Of a stretch of 64,000 nt of DNA, positions 63,000-64,000 are shown one piece after another. The stretch is from Octopus bimaculoides (taxonomy: Eukaryota). The notes beneath the pieces are model-generated. The model was not told the DNA's origin, made no database searches, and saw nothing but the letters and a program-made list of their open reading frames with translations. Location of the stretch: positions 63,693,043 through 63,757,042 of the forward strand of contig NC_068983.1 in NCBI RefSeq assembly GCF_001194135.2, read 5' to 3'. The first letter of the stretch is position 1, and the number at the start of each line of letters is the position of its first letter. The translations under genes were made by a program, and so were the position numbers.

Positions 63000-63640
63000 C
63001 AATATCTTGCTCAAACTAAACTTACACTATTTCCAAACAAGAAAGAGATTTAGGGTATTATTTCCATTCGTAGAAGAAAATTTGCCATAAACTGTTCAGT
63101 GCATTATTAAACACGTTGAACTATCTTGTGTACATTATATGTCTTTATCGTTCTATTAGGATCCAAATTCTCCGAAGTCGATCAAATTAGTAGCATGCGT
63201 TATATACTGGAGTGAATCTTCTCGACTACATAACCATCAGCTTTAAATAGCATGGTACCTATACAATATATAACATTCTTCGTTCTCAATCCTATTTGAT
63301 GTTTAATAAATCCATTAACTGTCGTATATGAGGAAATATATTCTGGACACTTATATTTTATAGTTGTATATCCCTATTAATGTACATAAAGCTACAACTT
63401 TTAATCTGGAAATCTTGTTTTATTCTCATACATTCCATAATTTTATCTCGCATAATCTTTTTTAAGCTAGCGAATGTTGCTTATTTACCTATACCAACAC
63501 TGTTTCATGAAGAAGATTACATTTAAAGTATTGTTCTATTTCCATACACCATTATGATATCAAGAAAAAATTGTATCTCTTTTAAGATGGTAATAGTTAC
63601 TCTAATCTGGTATAGCTGCAGAGAATGGATACGAATACCT
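63000..63640 (-). mobile_element. Highly decayed Penelope-like RT/EN remnant
   Basis: Minus-strand fragments EIQFFLDI and TKNVIYCI resemble the PLE I.FLD and S.NVIYCI motifs; many stops. Confidence 0.35.
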
Positions 63641-64000
63641 TTTTTAACCTGATAAATATTGTTTCAGTTCTTCTAAAATATCATTTTCTCGATTATATTC
63701 AGAGGGATGTGATCTATTTTGGCTGTGACAACATAGCCTCTAACAATCAATTTGCCGCCGGAAATTATTGACGAAGCATCGTAACTTTGCAATTCCTGTT
63801 ACATTACTTCGTTTTATATTGGTTTTAAGAACTCCGAATATTTGATTATTGACGCGATACGGTGAATTTTGAATATTTATTTAGTTTCAGTTGATATTAA
63901 ATGCAAATTTAGCCTCAGTGTAGATAAGAGAAGGCAGACGATCTCAGAGAATTTTCGATTTGCAAAGTTCAAAAAGACATATTTTATTATAGTCTTTTGT

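Overview
AT-rich, repeat-dense eukaryotic genomic DNA with about 16 N-gaps, most of them flanked by microsatellites. The SINE types, TA/CA/TACA/TAA microsatellite load and TTAGGG repeats suggest a coleoid cephalopod, probably an Octopus short-read assembly (inference, not verified). I could not identify any host protein-coding gene, rRNA, real tRNA or CRISPR array; only two weak candidate exons are noted. The window is mostly transposon debris: a decayed Tigger/pogo, an internally deleted mariner and mariner MITEs, a Merlin with exact 8-bp TSD and an adjacent empty-site paralog, two RLE-type (R4/Dong-like) LINE families sitting in (TACA)n or (TAA)n microsatellites, RTE fragments, several Penelope-like fragments, three tRNA-derived SINE families and an ORF1-only L1/Tx1-like element. 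The most interesting signals are several hammerhead-ribozyme motifs (one near-intact minimal type-I motif, and a short HHR-headed repeat family that may be retrozyme-like), a palindromic element built on telomeric repeats, and many long inverted repeats. All alignments were done by eye and boundaries are approximate unless stated to be exact.
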